DNA from: Nitrososphaerales archaeon
Lineage (GTDB): Archaea; Thermoproteota; Nitrososphaeria; Nitrososphaerales; UBA213
Assembly (NCBI GenBank): GCA_965197925.1
Contig: CBDAOC010000018.1
Coordinates: forward strand, 160,001-224,000
DNA length: 64,000 nucleotides
Reading direction: 5' to 3'
Shown: piece after piece, positions 11,757 to 22,831 of the stretch
Layout of the letters: each line of letters begins with the position of its first letter
Numbering within the stretch: the stretch's first letter is position 1
Notes under the pieces: model-generated
Seen by the model: the letters and a program-made list of their open reading frames with translations, nothing else
Databases searched by the model: none
Told to the model about the DNA's origin: nothing
Program-made: the position numbers and the translations under genes

Positions 11757-12863
11757 TTATTTTGCCATCTTGGTAAGCAGATCTTTAAATTCACTTTCGC
11801 TGAGAGGTGAGGTTTCTGCTATCTTGATATTTTCCTGCACATGTTCTACCCGCTTATGTCCAACGAGTGGTATAGCACCAGTTGATCTTACAAACTGCAA
11901 ACATCTGAGAGCGGTCGATTCTAAGTTTGCAAATTTCGGTATTGTATTGTCATTCAATAACTGTCCTTGCATGAAGGGTACGCTAGTAAACACACTTACA
12001 CCTAGTTTTTTTGCAACCTCTAGGAATGAAACAGTACTACCATCAACTTCTTGGTTATTCTCAGTCAGTGCTTCACTCATTGCCATATTAAATGGTAGTT
12101 GCACAAATGCAAATCCATTATCCTCCCCACCAACTTCTTTGGCTATATTTGCAACATTTTTTAGGTTAAGATATTCCAGATTGTTCTTAGCAACTCTGAA
12201 ACAGTTCCATGTGGCCAATCCATAATACTTTATCTTTCCTTCCTTCCGCTTCTCCTCATAAAACTGGAACACTTCCTTTAGCATTTGGATGAACTTGAGT
12301 ATCCCAACATCCTGAACCTGACCCTCTACAGAGTTATGCAAATACATCAGGTCTAGGCATTCAAGATCAAGATTTTTCCTGCTCCTCTCGAGCTGTTCCT
12401 CAAGGTAAGGTATAGTCATACAGTGATACCCGGATGAAATATCATCAGCTTTAATTACACCAGTTTTGATGAGCGTGTTTTGGATATAAGTCCAGAACTC
12501 CATTGGCATATCTGCATCGTTTGTTATGTAACCATTCTTTGTACTGATAAAAATTTCATCACGTTTAATCTCTTCTGATCCAATAAGTTCATTCAACGCC
12601 TTTCCGATGGCCCGTTCTGACTTTTGCGCCCGATAATTAACAGCGGTGTCAACCACATTGATTGCCCCAGATTGTATGGACAACTTTACTGCATCCTTCA
12701 CCATCCGATCTGTTGTAGCATCAGATTCACCAAGATATGTACCCATACCAACACTCGTTAGGTAAAGATTTTTTATGGAACGGAAATGCCCTTCTGCACC
12801 AGATTTTACATTTTTCTCCTTGAATCTTGCTGTACCTTCTTCTGTGGCAAATCCTGGGATCAT
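11757..12863 (-). CDS. Aldo/keto reductase
   Basis: GMGTY, VDTAVNY..SERAIG, ISTKNG, LDLMYLHN, VQLPFN. Confidence 0.93.
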   Translation of the reverse strand: MIPGFATEEGTARFKEKNVKSGAEGHFRSIKNLYLTSVGMGTYLGESDATTDRMVKDAVKLSIQSGAINVVDTAVNYRAQKSERAIGKALNELIGSEEIKRDEIFISTKNGYITNDADMPMEFWTYIQNTLIKTGVIKADDISSGYHCMTIPYLEEQLERSRKNLDLECLDLMYLHNSVEGQVQDVGILKFIQMLKEVFQFYEEKRKEGKIKYYGLATWNCFRVAKNNLEYLNLKNVANIAKEVGGEDNGFAFVQLPFNMAMSEALTENNQEVDGSTVSFLEVAKKLGVSVFTSVPFMQGQLLNDNTIPKFANLESTALRCLQFVRSTGAIPLVGHKRVEHVQENIKIAETSPLSESEFKDLLTKMAK

Positions 12864-12952
12864 ATACTGTTTCTACTAATTACCCCTTAAATACTTGAGC
12901 ATAGGCAAAATTCTCCAATTAGATAATGGGATCAAGATAGTTCATTATATTA

Positions 12953-13834
12953 TCAAATCAAAAAACTCAAAACAAGCAATACTCCCACCAGCCTTGAAAA
13001 TGTTACAGTGGAACCCATGACTGGGATCAGCGTTTTGACTTCATCATGACCTTTCCTCAAAAGTCTTCCCACCCTATATGCGTGGGGTGCGGCTGCGAAA
13101 CAGATCATGGAATAAATAGGTAACATATTCAATATTATGCCAGCTAGGATCAACCCATAGATCATGACAGGGAAGAAAATAAAGAAATCTGGTGCCCTCT
13201 TCCTTCCAAGTAAAATGACAAGCGTTTTTCTTCCCCTGCTTCTGTCCGCATCATAATCAGGGAATGAATTCACAAACAATACTGAAGCTGAAAGCAGGCC
13301 AATCAAGGTGCCAACATAGAGCGGTTCAGGAAATATCACCCCCGCTTGAACAAAAAATGTGCCTAACACTATCATGGCACCCTTAACGGCTACGAACAGT
13401 TCACCCAACCCTATGTTTACTATACTCGTTGAGTAAAAGTAAATGGAAATCACTGCAAATCCTAGTATAACAGCTATCGTGATCCCTCTGACGAAGACGA
13501 AATATATTCCGATCATTGTTCCTATGGCAAGAAACATTAAACCTGCAGTGTAAATACTTGAAGGTTTCAATAAATTTTCTGGCAAAACTCCGGTACCCCC
13601 ACTGAATGGGGTTCTCTTCGTTAGCCTGTCTATTCCACGTTTGTAATCCCAATAATCATTGAGAAGATCCACACTTACGTGCAGAGATACCACACCAACA
13701 TAGGTCAGAAGAGCATAAAATGGATCTATATGCTGAAACTCCCACCATGTTACTCCCAAGCCCCCGCTAACTGCAATTATGGAAGCAAGTAGAAACCTTA
13801 TCCTTATTGCCCTGAACCAGCTCGAAAGAATCAA
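12953..13834 (-). CDS. menA: UbiA-family prenyltransferase (MenA-like)
   Basis: NDYWDYKRGID and NSFPDYDADR..GRKTL aspartate-rich motifs, multi-TM. Confidence 0.85.
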   Translation of the reverse strand: MILSSWFRAIRIRFLLASIIAVSGGLGVTWWEFQHIDPFYALLTYVGVVSLHVSVDLLNDYWDYKRGIDRLTKRTPFSGGTGVLPENLLKPSSIYTAGLMFLAIGTMIGIYFVFVRGITIAVILGFAVISIYFYSTSIVNIGLGELFVAVKGAMIVLGTFFVQAGVIFPEPLYVGTLIGLLSASVLFVNSFPDYDADRSRGRKTLVILLGRKRAPDFFIFFPVMIYGLILAGIILNMLPIYSMICFAAAPHAYRVGRLLRKGHDEVKTLIPVMGSTVTFSRLVGVLLVLSFLI

Positions 13835-14385
13835 ACTAAATATTCATCACATATTGTTCGTGATAAATCTTCATTCCATATTCTCCAATGTTTATTTAAA
13901 ATACCTCTTCGCGAAACTGGGAGATATTTTATCATCAATATCTATTGGGCAATCCTGACTGGTCCACGATTGAGGATTTCATGACGTAATAATTTATTAG
14001 GATCCTGTAAAATATACTGTATTTCAAGCCAGTAGAGTTTGATAGGTTGCCATTGAAGTTGATCAATATTTCCCTTTAGGATAGATTCCAAAATTTGTGC
14101 CTAACTCAAACGAAATACTGCTTATATTCAATCTTGGCCTCTTGTATCATCGCATCATGGTTTGTATCTACAAAATAATAATGAAGTTCATAACAATCGG
14201 AATGCCCCAATCATCGAAACCCAAAGTCCTCGGCCGGAATTTTCCCCCAAAAATCCTCCTTCATAACTCGTAAGGAAATCTCTACGATTTTCCTTATTAT
14301 GTGAGGAAATGCACGTTTCTTGAAACAAGTACATTATAAATATCAGTAAATTTAATTACTTATTATCCATAAAACAAAGGAAGAA

Positions 14386-14832
14386 ATGAGTTCTATTAGT
14401 GAGACACTCTTTGTTGCCACAGCCGAATCTGAGCATATTGAAATGTATCTTAAGGCTATATGGTGGATCAAGGAGCAGACCCAAAAGGTAAAAGTGAGTT
14501 CGATTGCAAAGATCTTGAGCATTAGCCAGCCTAGTGTTGTTCAAATGTTGAGGAAACTTGATGATTTGAAACTAGTCACCTACAACAAGCGTGGAGTGTA
14601 CTTTACAAAGAAAGGCGAAGTAATAGGTAAACAGATGATAAGAAATAGCAGATTATTAGAAGTTATGATGAATAATGCATTAAAGATCAATGTTGATGAA
14701 GAAATGGTCTGTGGTATTGAGCACCATATGAAAAAGAAGTTCTCAGATGCATTATGTACGTTACTAGAACATCCCGAAACATGTCCACATGGAAAAAATA
14801 TACCCCATGGTGATTGCTGCCCGATTGAATGA
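14386..14832 (+). CDS. DtxR/MntR-family metal-dependent repressor
   Basis: EMYLKAI, IAKILSISQPSVVQML HTH, RNSRLLE, IEHH, CPHG. Confidence 0.92.
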   Translation: MSSISETLFVATAESEHIEMYLKAIWWIKEQTQKVKVSSIAKILSISQPSVVQMLRKLDDLKLVTYNKRGVYFTKKGEVIGKQMIRNSRLLEVMMNNALKINVDEEMVCGIEHHMKKKFSDALCTLLEHPETCPHGKNIPHGDCCPIE

Positions 14833-15273
14833 TCATCAGTATAGGCTCAGACTAATCATGTAACCTAGTTGACGCTGGTATTTTGTCTAGGAGAGACGGA
14901 CTATGGGATGACCCACAACGATGCTCTCCCAGCTTAGGCAAGAGGGGATATTAGTCAATAACCAAGTGCGGACTTGTTTGGACATATTGGTTATCCCCAC
15001 TTTATGATGTTACTATTCTGAATGTTTTATACCCTGGGATTGGTAGCAGCAAAACCATTGCAACATTGATATGTTTGGAATGATTGTATCGATAGATGCC
15101 GATCGATAAACAATAGGATTAGCATACTATTCTCTGAATTTCAGAGTGATGTTACCAACCGATTATTTGCATCATATTCAATTGGATAAAAAATAATGGA
15201 GGAAATTGATATCATAATAGTTGATATCATAATAGTTTAGAGCTCAATTGGAGAGCCTGCCTAAGTTTAACTA

Positions 15274-16056
15274 TTAAGCTTGAATTTTTACTCCCCTTTG
15301 AGCCTTTATTATAAATCTATCACGGATCCGCACACTTATCCAGTCTATTATCAGCACTGTAGCAAGCACTACTAACATGAACACAGCTGCTTTGCCATAT
15401 TCGAAGAACTTTATGTAATTTATTATGTAAAAACCTATACCACCTGCCCCAACGAGTCCAAGGATACTCGTCTGTCTTACATTGTAATCGAACATGTACA
15501 ACAACTGGCTGAGAAGATGTGGTGCAGATTCAGGTACTACCACATATTGCAGTAATTGCAACTTAGAAACTCCTATGGCGCCTACCGCTTCCATCGGATC
15601 TGAATCTATAGCTTCTATGGATTCATATTGCAATTTAGAGATGAAACCTATTGTATACATTGTGATAGCAAGTATCCCAGCAAATGGTCCTAGTCCGACC
15701 ATGATCACGAAAAGTATTGCCCAAAGTATGGACGGGAATGTTCTTATCGCTGCCAGCAGCGCTCTTATCGGTGCATAAACGAATTTGCTGTTAAGGTTTC
15801 TTGCGGCCAACATACTTAATGGTAGCGAAATCGCTACACCAACTATAGTTCCTATGAAAGCCATTTGTATAGTTTCTATCATAGACCAGAATGCGGTTCC
15901 GAACAATGTGGGTTCAACATGTACCATCTCTTCCACAACTATCATCACGTTCGGAATTCCTTTCACAAACTGGGCAGGATCTACACCAACGTTAAAAGAA
16001 GCAAAAACAAGTGCTGCTATTACTAATCCTATAACAATATTGTCCTTAGGATTCAT
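15274..16056 (-). CDS. phnE: Phosphate/phosphonate ABC transporter permease (PhnE/PtxC family)
   Basis: ETIQMA, RTFPSILWA, GLGPFAG, FDYNVR..ILGLVGAGGIG; ATG at 16056 taken as start. Confidence 0.9.
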   Translation of the reverse strand: MNPKDNIVIGLVIAALVFASFNVGVDPAQFVKGIPNVMIVVEEMVHVEPTLFGTAFWSMIETIQMAFIGTIVGVAISLPLSMLAARNLNSKFVYAPIRALLAAIRTFPSILWAILFVIMVGLGPFAGILAITMYTIGFISKLQYESIEAIDSDPMEAVGAIGVSKLQLLQYVVVPESAPHLLSQLLYMFDYNVRQTSILGLVGAGGIGFYIINYIKFFEYGKAAVFMLVVLATVLIIDWISVRIRDRFIIKAQRGVKIQA

Positions 16057-16840
16057 GCGTGTTGAATAACCCCACCACTTCTTCTCTCTCAGTTTCGTTA
16101 GGTTTGAATTCAGCAATCTTGTCTCCTTGCTTGATCACTGCAACTATATCCGCATAATCAAATGCGAGAGATACATCATGATGCACCATAATAGCTGTTA
16201 GATTTAATCTTCGCCTGGAATCCATAAGTAAATCCATAATTTCCCTGGCTGTAACATAATCTAACTCTGATACAATCTCGTCCGCAAGCAAAAGTTCAGG
16301 CTTCTGCACCAATGCTCTAGCAATTGCAACTCTTTTCTTCTCTCCACCACTTAGCATGTAGATCTTCCTTTCGGCTTTACCTTCAAGACCCACAAGTTTC
16401 AGTGACATTTCTGCATCACCTACTTCCTTATCTGGAAATATCTTGAAGAATGATTTGATCTTGCTTACTCTGGGTAGAGCACCAATAAGCAGATTTTCCA
16501 TTACTGTCAAGTTCTTTACCAGTCCTAAATTTTGGGGTATATATCCGATTTTAGGCAAGATTACCTTAAACTTATTATCACGCATATTCGGGCTTCTGCC
16601 AAAAACCTCGATTTGACCCTTGTTGGGCATCACCATACCGTTTACAAGTTTAAGCAAAGTAGTTTTTCCAGAACCTGATGGGCCTATAACAGTATAATTT
16701 TTGCCAATTTCAACAGATAAGTTGATTCCCCGTAAAGCATAACTCCTTCCGTCGTAAGATGCCCAAACATCATGCATTTGCAATATTGAACCGGTAGATA
16801 GATAATTTGCTGAGGTTTCGATTTCCATCAATCTGATCAC
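16046..16840 (-). CDS. phnC: Phosphate/phosphonate ABC transporter ATPase
   Basis: GPSGSGKTT Walker A, LSGGEKKR signature, LLADE Walker B. Confidence 0.9.
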   Translation of the reverse strand: MIRLMEIETSANYLSTGSILQMHDVWASYDGRSYALRGINLSVEIGKNYTVIGPSGSGKTTLLKLVNGMVMPNKGQIEVFGRSPNMRDNKFKVILPKIGYIPQNLGLVKNLTVMENLLIGALPRVSKIKSFFKIFPDKEVGDAEMSLKLVGLEGKAERKIYMLSGGEKKRVAIARALVQKPELLLADEIVSELDYVTAREIMDLLMDSRRRLNLTAIMVHHDVSLAFDYADIVAVIKQGDKIAEFKPNETEREEVVGLFNTHES

Positions 16841-17796
16841 TTTATTTTGTCCAATATTTTTTCCTCTAAGCCAACAAGCGCATTTATTTTGTCTCCAAAG
16901 TCTCCAACGTGCATTGTAGTAGTTGTTGGAAGCAGAGCTTCAGCACCATATATTTCGCGTAGTATTTGATTATGCTCGTCGTAGTTCAACTCAGTCATAG
17001 CCCTGACCAACAAGTTCTTTATTATCCTAGGCATATTCTTGTCAACAACGAAGACGTGAGATGGTACAGGTCCTATCTTCTCAACTATCCTTATCTTACC
17101 CTGATCCTCTGGGGTAAGAAATCTTTGTGGTGCATCTTCGGCACCAAATGCAACATCAACATTACCATTTACTAAAAGCTTAAGCGCTGACTTGTATCCT
17201 CCAGCAAAAGTGTAGCTCCTGAATTCTTTGACCAATGCCGATTCAAGCGCTACCAAGTCATTACCATCTACCTTGATTAACCCCTTTTCAATCAGCGTTC
17301 CTATTGGCCTTACAAATCCAGAAGAACCCGTCATGCTGGTGAATGCAACCCTTTTGCCTATAACATCATCCAATGTTTTGATAGAATCATCACCTGCCCT
17401 GGCGAATACTGTAGCCTGATAGTAAATCTTTCCATCAACTACTTCTGCAAGTACAATTTCTGCACCAGTTTTCTTATGAGTTATCCAACCAGGCCCAGCG
17501 TCCATAAATGCAGCATGTACATGCCCAAATCGCAGTCCTTCAATCAATGCCTCGTATGAGGTAGGTACCAACACTTCCACATCAAGTCTATACCTAAACT
17601 TTTCTTCAAGATACTCTTCTAGATCTTTTGCCTTTGGTGTTAATTCTTCCGCCTTTTCTGTAGGTATAAACCCGATGACCAACTTCTTAAAGTTCCTATG
17701 CTCCGCATCTGCTGTCTGTGACATTACAAACATTCCTACAAGTGTACCAATTAGCACAACAGCCAACGAGATTACTGCGACATTTTTTGTTTTCAT
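16837..17796 (-). CDS. phnD: PhnD/PtxB-family substrate-binding protein
   Basis: N-terminal TM anchor, GFIP, SYEALIEGL, TGSSGFVRP, VDVAF, VPSH; ATG at 17796. Confidence 0.88.
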   Translation of the reverse strand: MKTKNVAVISLAVVLIGTLVGMFVMSQTADAEHRNFKKLVIGFIPTEKAEELTPKAKDLEEYLEEKFRYRLDVEVLVPTSYEALIEGLRFGHVHAAFMDAGPGWITHKKTGAEIVLAEVVDGKIYYQATVFARAGDDSIKTLDDVIGKRVAFTSMTGSSGFVRPIGTLIEKGLIKVDGNDLVALESALVKEFRSYTFAGGYKSALKLLVNGNVDVAFGAEDAPQRFLTPEDQGKIRIVEKIGPVPSHVFVVDKNMPRIIKNLLVRAMTELNYDEHNQILREIYGAEALLPTTTTMHVGDFGDKINALVGLEEKILDKIK

Positions 17797-17808
17797 TAGC
17801 CCACCCAA

Positions 17809-17847
17809 TTAGGATTGCCTAATTAGGCAGGCCTAATCTTATTTAAA
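17809..17847 (-). promoter_or_regulatory. TATA box plus two abutting 14-bp TTAGG-N4-CCTAA palindromes (candidate DtxR-family operators)
   Basis: TTAGGATTGCCTAA (17809-17822) and TTAGGCAGGCCTAA (17823-17836); TTTAAATAA on minus strand at 17839-17847. Confidence 0.7.
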
Positions 17848-18615
17848 CATTCTTGAACGGGATTCTGTCAATTCTTGTATTGTCAAAATCGTATTGGTAA
17901 AAGGTGTATTGGATACAGGTATCCTATCTATTGTTGAGCTGGGTAACATTTTTCAATAATATGCCGACCTACTCAGTCGTTTAAAATCAACCCTAATATT
18001 TTATCTTGATCTTTCTGCAAATCCAATGGTAAGAACTAAGTACTTTTGTAGTAAACACGATTATAGAAAATACTCCAAGTCTTGCCCTGAACAATTCCAA
18101 AGCTCCAAGAATATCATTTCTCTGCGATAATACACTGGCAGGCATGTACCTCGTGTCCGGATCAATAGCTATGGAAGATTTAGAGGCATACCTAGAAGTG
18201 AAGATCTTGAACTAGGAATAGCAACATTCCTGATGTATCCTAACGGAGTATCGCTAGTGCCTGGTATTACCGTGGAAGTCTCTGGCAGAAGGATAAAGGA
18301 CCAATACGATGCTGACTATAACCATGCATACCGCCACGACAAGATAACAAACGTCTAATTCAGGCATTTGGTGTTTGACCCCCGTTTGTAGGGCGTTTGT
18401 TGATTTTGTTAACATTGTTAACAGAAAACTTATGAACGGATCAAACGGGCTTAAAACGTTATATATACACCAAACAGGAGACCGAACAATAGAAGAACCC
18501 GTTCGGTCATAGATCAACAAAAAAGGATAGACCGTCGTCATCGCATCAAGGAATCTTAAATCTGAACTAGAATTTAGATATAATATCCCAATCTTGGCCT
18601 TTACCGTGACGTGGA

Positions 18616-18690
18616 GGCACCAAACGCCTAAAACCAAACGCAAAACCTACTGTATATAGTATACGTGAGTAGGCGTTTGGCGTTTGGTCT
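18616..18690. repeat. Direct plus inverted CCAAACGC repeats around an AT-rich core (iteron-like)
   Basis: CCAAACGC x2, CCTACTGTATATAGTATA core, then GGCGTTTGG x2. Confidence 0.6.
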
Positions 18691-19305
18691 GATTGACAGT
18701 ATTACCACGTTCTATATCATAAAATGAAAAAGTCGAAAAGTGTACTAAGAAGCCTGAAACGGCACAATGACCATTGGGCCTTTCCCAACATAGACCAAGA
18801 TATAATCAACTAACGTAATCTTATCCAATTAATACATAATTAAGAAGGATTAGGAATCTATCGCATTGAGTAAAAGTCAATTTCTTTAGGCATTCTTCTG
18901 TTTTAAGAAAATGAAATATAACTTCACCCTTCTTTCCATTCCTACCCTGGATACCAAGTCAAGTTGGAAGTCGCGGATGTTCAGTATGTTAATGGTAGGA
19001 TATCCTTAGATTTCTGAAGTATCTCAAGCATAAACCGAAAAACCATTTCGTCTGGGTTTAGAAGTTCCTTAGCAAGTCGCATAGATCGCGTAGGATTGTG
19101 CAGGACTTTTACTCTATTGTGCCGCCGGTGGGAAATTAAGTATGAGTTAAAGTCCTACACATTTTGTGCAGACATTATTCTTTTTTGAGGTTTTTTGTGA
19201 TAGAATTGCTATAAACACATTCAACATCGCTTTGTTAAGCGTAGTTCGCCTTGCACGATAGAAATTCAGTAAACTGCACTTCAATTGGGTTTGCAAGAAA
19301 TGTAG

Positions 19306-19330
19306 CGGGCCTGGTGGGATTTGGACCCAC
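19306..19330 (-). other. tRNA 3'-end remnant (T-arm plus acceptor strand), att-like
   Basis: Reverse complement GTGGG TCCAAAT CCCAC CAGGCCC G; no 5' half adjacent. Confidence 0.6.
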
Positions 19331-19655
19331 AGTGCGTCCAAATCAATTGAACTAATCAGGTGACATAACGGCAGAAGCTATTGGGGTGGCTACATAATCC
19401 CTACCCAATTTTTTTTAGAATTTTGTTGATTGGGATTATTCATAAGGTAAAGCTCTTTTTAGTTTGTCTAATTCGTAATCTAATTTTCTGTACAATTCTG
19501 ATTGCCCACCTATGAGAGAACTTATCGGTCGCCTAGCGGGGAGAACTTAACCAAGTAAGACATCATCTCCTATTATTTCATCCAATCTTTTTGGTTCTTT
19601 TAACGGGTTCTATTAACTTTCAAGTCTCGACTGCAAATAAAGGAAATTATAGATT

Positions 19656-20321
19656 TTAAGCTGGTGTCTTTTCTTTCCTGTGCCACTCATAAGTGTCACA
19701 AAATACTCCGTCATCTACGACACATATCTGAGAAGTGGTTTCCGTCCCACATGTGCAATCGGACTTCCAGAGCCCGCCTGTAGACAGACCAGCACTAACC
19801 CACCTACCTAAAAAGGTAGATGCTGCCCCCCAGAAACCACCTACGTCTGGGAGTCTCCGCTCAAGAGTTTGTATATCTGGTGTATTGACCGTATCACGCA
19901 AAGGTGGCACTGAGGCAATAAGATTATCTAACCCTTCTTCAATTCCAAATCGTCTCACCAAGTCAGGTTCTTTCAGCCGTGCCTTCAAAATCTCATCGCT
20001 AAGTTTTCTTACAAACAGAGAAAGGGCTACCAGTAAGCTCCTCCGGCTCCTAATCACGTCCTCTACCGGCGTGTTATTGTCTTGTCTTGAACATTCTTGG
20101 AAGTGTGTGCTAAGATCAGCCGCTGTACTGTGTAAAATACGGTCTGTATAGCCAAGCTCAACTACACGATTCTCAAGCCTTTCAAATGACTGAGAGGCTT
20201 CTTCGAGTTTCCTTTGAACATTCATATTTTGATCAGTAAATGCCTTCCCTACAGATTCTAGTGTTGCCGCAAATGCTTGTACCGCAGGCAGATCTCTCTC
20301 AAGCACGTCATTTTCTGACAT
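19656..20321 (-). CDS. Hypothetical protein with Cys-rich C-terminus
   Basis: 221 aa ATG ORF, helical N-terminus, CTC..C..C tail. Confidence 0.65.
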   Translation of the reverse strand: MSENDVLERDLPAVQAFAATLESVGKAFTDQNMNVQRKLEEASQSFERLENRVVELGYTDRILHSTAADLSTHFQECSRQDNNTPVEDVIRSRRSLLVALSLFVRKLSDEILKARLKEPDLVRRFGIEEGLDNLIASVPPLRDTVNTPDIQTLERRLPDVGGFWGAASTFLGRWVSAGLSTGGLWKSDCTCGTETTSQICVVDDGVFCDTYEWHRKEKTPA

Positions 20322-20586
20322 ATGTTCTATAATATCTAGATGGTTATCAAGTTCATCGTGATGTTTTTAGCCTGTTAACACTTTATCGAATAATTACCCA
20401 GTTATAGCAGTTGTCCACGCCATTTTGGATTCATTGCAATGAACATTTTGTATATTAATGCTTTTAGCATTAGTTCCTTTACCATATTCTTCCACTAAGA
20501 AAGAACTAGGTCACCCCTTCTTCTCAATTTATGAAGCAAAGATCCAACTAGACAAATTCATCTATTGAATAATGACTTTTAAAAAT

Positions 20587-21006
20587 CTACAACCAAATGG
20601 TTTTTGCTTCGCTACTATCCGTAGTTACTTTCCTAATAGCTATATGATCGAAATCTTTTCCTTCTCGAGCACCATGCCAGTGTAATTTGCCCGCTGGTAC
20701 GCAAAATGTATCGTATTTTTCTCCATCAAGATCAAATTTGCATACTTCAGATTTTTCAAGTTCATTATCCCGACTGGACGAAATTTTTTCAAAAATTACA
20801 ACAACGCCTTTCCCCTTAGTAGCAATCAGTATCTGCTCAGATAGGTGATAATGCAGTCTGGTTCTAGCACCTTTTTTGAAGCTAACATAATACATTTCTT
20901 GTTCCTTAGATTCATGTTCATCTAGGATTGTTTTTAAATCAACTTTACCTATAAAATTTTTACCGCCATCTTTCCCTTTAATAGAATTAATGTGCTTTAT
21001 CTCCAA
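20587..21006 (-). CDS. Cupin domain protein
   Basis: GARTRLHYH..EQIL..GKG and VPAGKLHWHGA cupin motifs. Confidence 0.88.
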   Translation of the reverse strand: MEIKHINSIKGKDGGKNFIGKVDLKTILDEHESKEQEMYYVSFKKGARTRLHYHLSEQILIATKGKGVVVIFEKISSSRDNELEKSEVCKFDLDGEKYDTFCVPAGKLHWHGAREGKDFDHIAIRKVTTDSSEAKTIWL

Positions 21007-21173
21007 TAATTATCTGCCATGTTCATGATCAATATATTTGTTGAATTATACAAAAAATCAAGGGAACATGAGGAAAAATATATCAAGCTAATGAACTGTC
21101 TCTATACATGTTAAAGTAATTAATGCGTATGACAACCATTTTAATATTTTCAAAATCAGGTTAAACAGATGCA

Positions 21174-22628
21174 ATGTTTAAGGAATATAGATCTTGGATC
21201 ATAAGTGTAATATTCGGTCTTCTCATATCGGTTCCTGCATACCAAGTATCAGCTCAAAGTAATATATTGATAAACGAAGTTGAAATTAATCCTAGCCATG
21301 ATAACCCATACGGTCCTTCCGTTCAATGGGTTGAACTTTACAATCCTTCAGCCAGTCCAGTAAATTTAGGTGGGTGGGTTATAACTTCCAATTCCACAAA
21401 TTTTACAATCACAATTGAGAAAGATATAATCCTAATTCCCAAAACCTACCTTATAATAGGTGCCGGCTCTAGGGCGTTTGATTCACAATGGTTTAGTAAC
21501 TCTAATGAGACTATAGTTTTAGTTGATTCTCGTGGAACTATTATTGATAGTATAGGTCCCTTCACTGATGATGTGAATGTTAGCTACACATGGCAACGGT
21601 TAGCAGTCGACAATGATAATTGGGTATTTGATACACCGAATCCAACAGGCAAACGCTTAGTATATTATGGTAAATCCAGCAAATTGTTACCTGATCACTC
21701 CCCGGTGGAGATTCATGCCGAGCTATCTAACAACGACACATTATTAATTTCAATAAATAATACGAAACAAATTTTCGGCCTACATCATTTCTTCATCGGT
21801 ACCAATGATGCAATTATTGAAGAGGCTACTCTTCCAGAGGGATGGAAAGAAATTACAACATATGATTATCCTTATGATGATGACAATATTTTTACTACCA
21901 AAAGTTCCTTTGTGACAGATATTAATCCCATAATTCCAAACGAATCAAAGGAATTTCAGTTTAAGATTAGTTTACTTTCTCCCAGAATAATGTTTGAATA
22001 TGCGGCGTTCAATGAAGCTGGAGATTATAACTACGGAATTTACCACGTTAAGACCGCATTTATCAAGGATTCAAATCCACAACGTCCTTCAGATCTCAAC
22101 AATGTGACTATTGGGATGAGAAGATCATCATGTTTGTTCGGCTGTTTTTCTTATACCTTAAATATTGAGGGGGATGGTACTGTTCTTTTTGAAGGGAAAA
22201 CATTTGTAACAACTAAAGAAATCCAAGTCTACCAAATACCCCAAGATAAAGTGGAAGAACTTGTAAATGAGTTCTTTAGAATTGATTACTTCTCCTTGAA
22301 AAATGAACATAGATCTTATCGAGTCATGGATTTACCTTCTGAAATAACTTGGATTACAATAAATAGTGTATCAAAGTATGTTAATAATAATGGCTGGAAT
22401 GCACCAGAGGAATTATATGAATTGCAAAGGAAGATAGATGAGGTAGCTAATTCCAAACAATGGATGGAACAATCAGCTACAAAAGCAACCTTAGCAGGAC
22501 AAAATGATGTGAACAATCTTGGAATGCCGGCGTTTCTTATCATTGGAATGATTATTGTTGCGATCGTAATATCAATTATAATTGCAACGAAAACAAAATT
22601 GTTAAAATTGCCGAAGAAAAATATCTAA
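21174..22628 (+). CDS. Secreted membrane-anchored protein: lamin-tail domain plus DUF6438-like domain
   Basis: Signal peptide, INEVEINP..QWVELYNP..VNLGGW; RSSCLFGC.SYTLNI.GDG; C-terminal TM and basic tail. Confidence 0.8.
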   Translation: MFKEYRSWIISVIFGLLISVPAYQVSAQSNILINEVEINPSHDNPYGPSVQWVELYNPSASPVNLGGWVITSNSTNFTITIEKDIILIPKTYLIIGAGSRAFDSQWFSNSNETIVLVDSRGTIIDSIGPFTDDVNVSYTWQRLAVDNDNWVFDTPNPTGKRLVYYGKSSKLLPDHSPVEIHAELSNNDTLLISINNTKQIFGLHHFFIGTNDAIIEEATLPEGWKEITTYDYPYDDDNIFTTKSSFVTDINPIIPNESKEFQFKISLLSPRIMFEYAAFNEAGDYNYGIYHVKTAFIKDSNPQRPSDLNNVTIGMRRSSCLFGCFSYTLNIEGDGTVLFEGKTFVTTKEIQVYQIPQDKVEELVNEFFRIDYFSLKNEHRSYRVMDLPSEITWITINSVSKYVNNNGWNAPEELYELQRKIDEVANSKQWMEQSATKATLAGQNDVNNLGMPAFLIIGMIIVAIVISIIIATKTKLLKLPKKNI

Positions 22629-22808
22629 TATTCTTTCTTTGGAAAATAACAAAAGTAAATCAATATTATTTTTGTAAAAATATCTTGACCTCATCAGGCA
22701 CTAAATTTCACATTAGAAGTTGAATTATATCTGTCTTAGAATTTCTCCACTAGGATTTCCTACAGTGTGAATGTTAACATACGTATTGCCTAACATCATC
22801 CCAGTAAT

Positions 22809-22831
22809 GAGTACAAATCTCTCCCGGCCCA
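22809..22831 (+). other. Degenerate tRNA 3'-end remnant
   Basis: GAGTACAAATCTCTC CCGGCCC A resembles T-loop, T-stem and acceptor strand. Confidence 0.4.
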
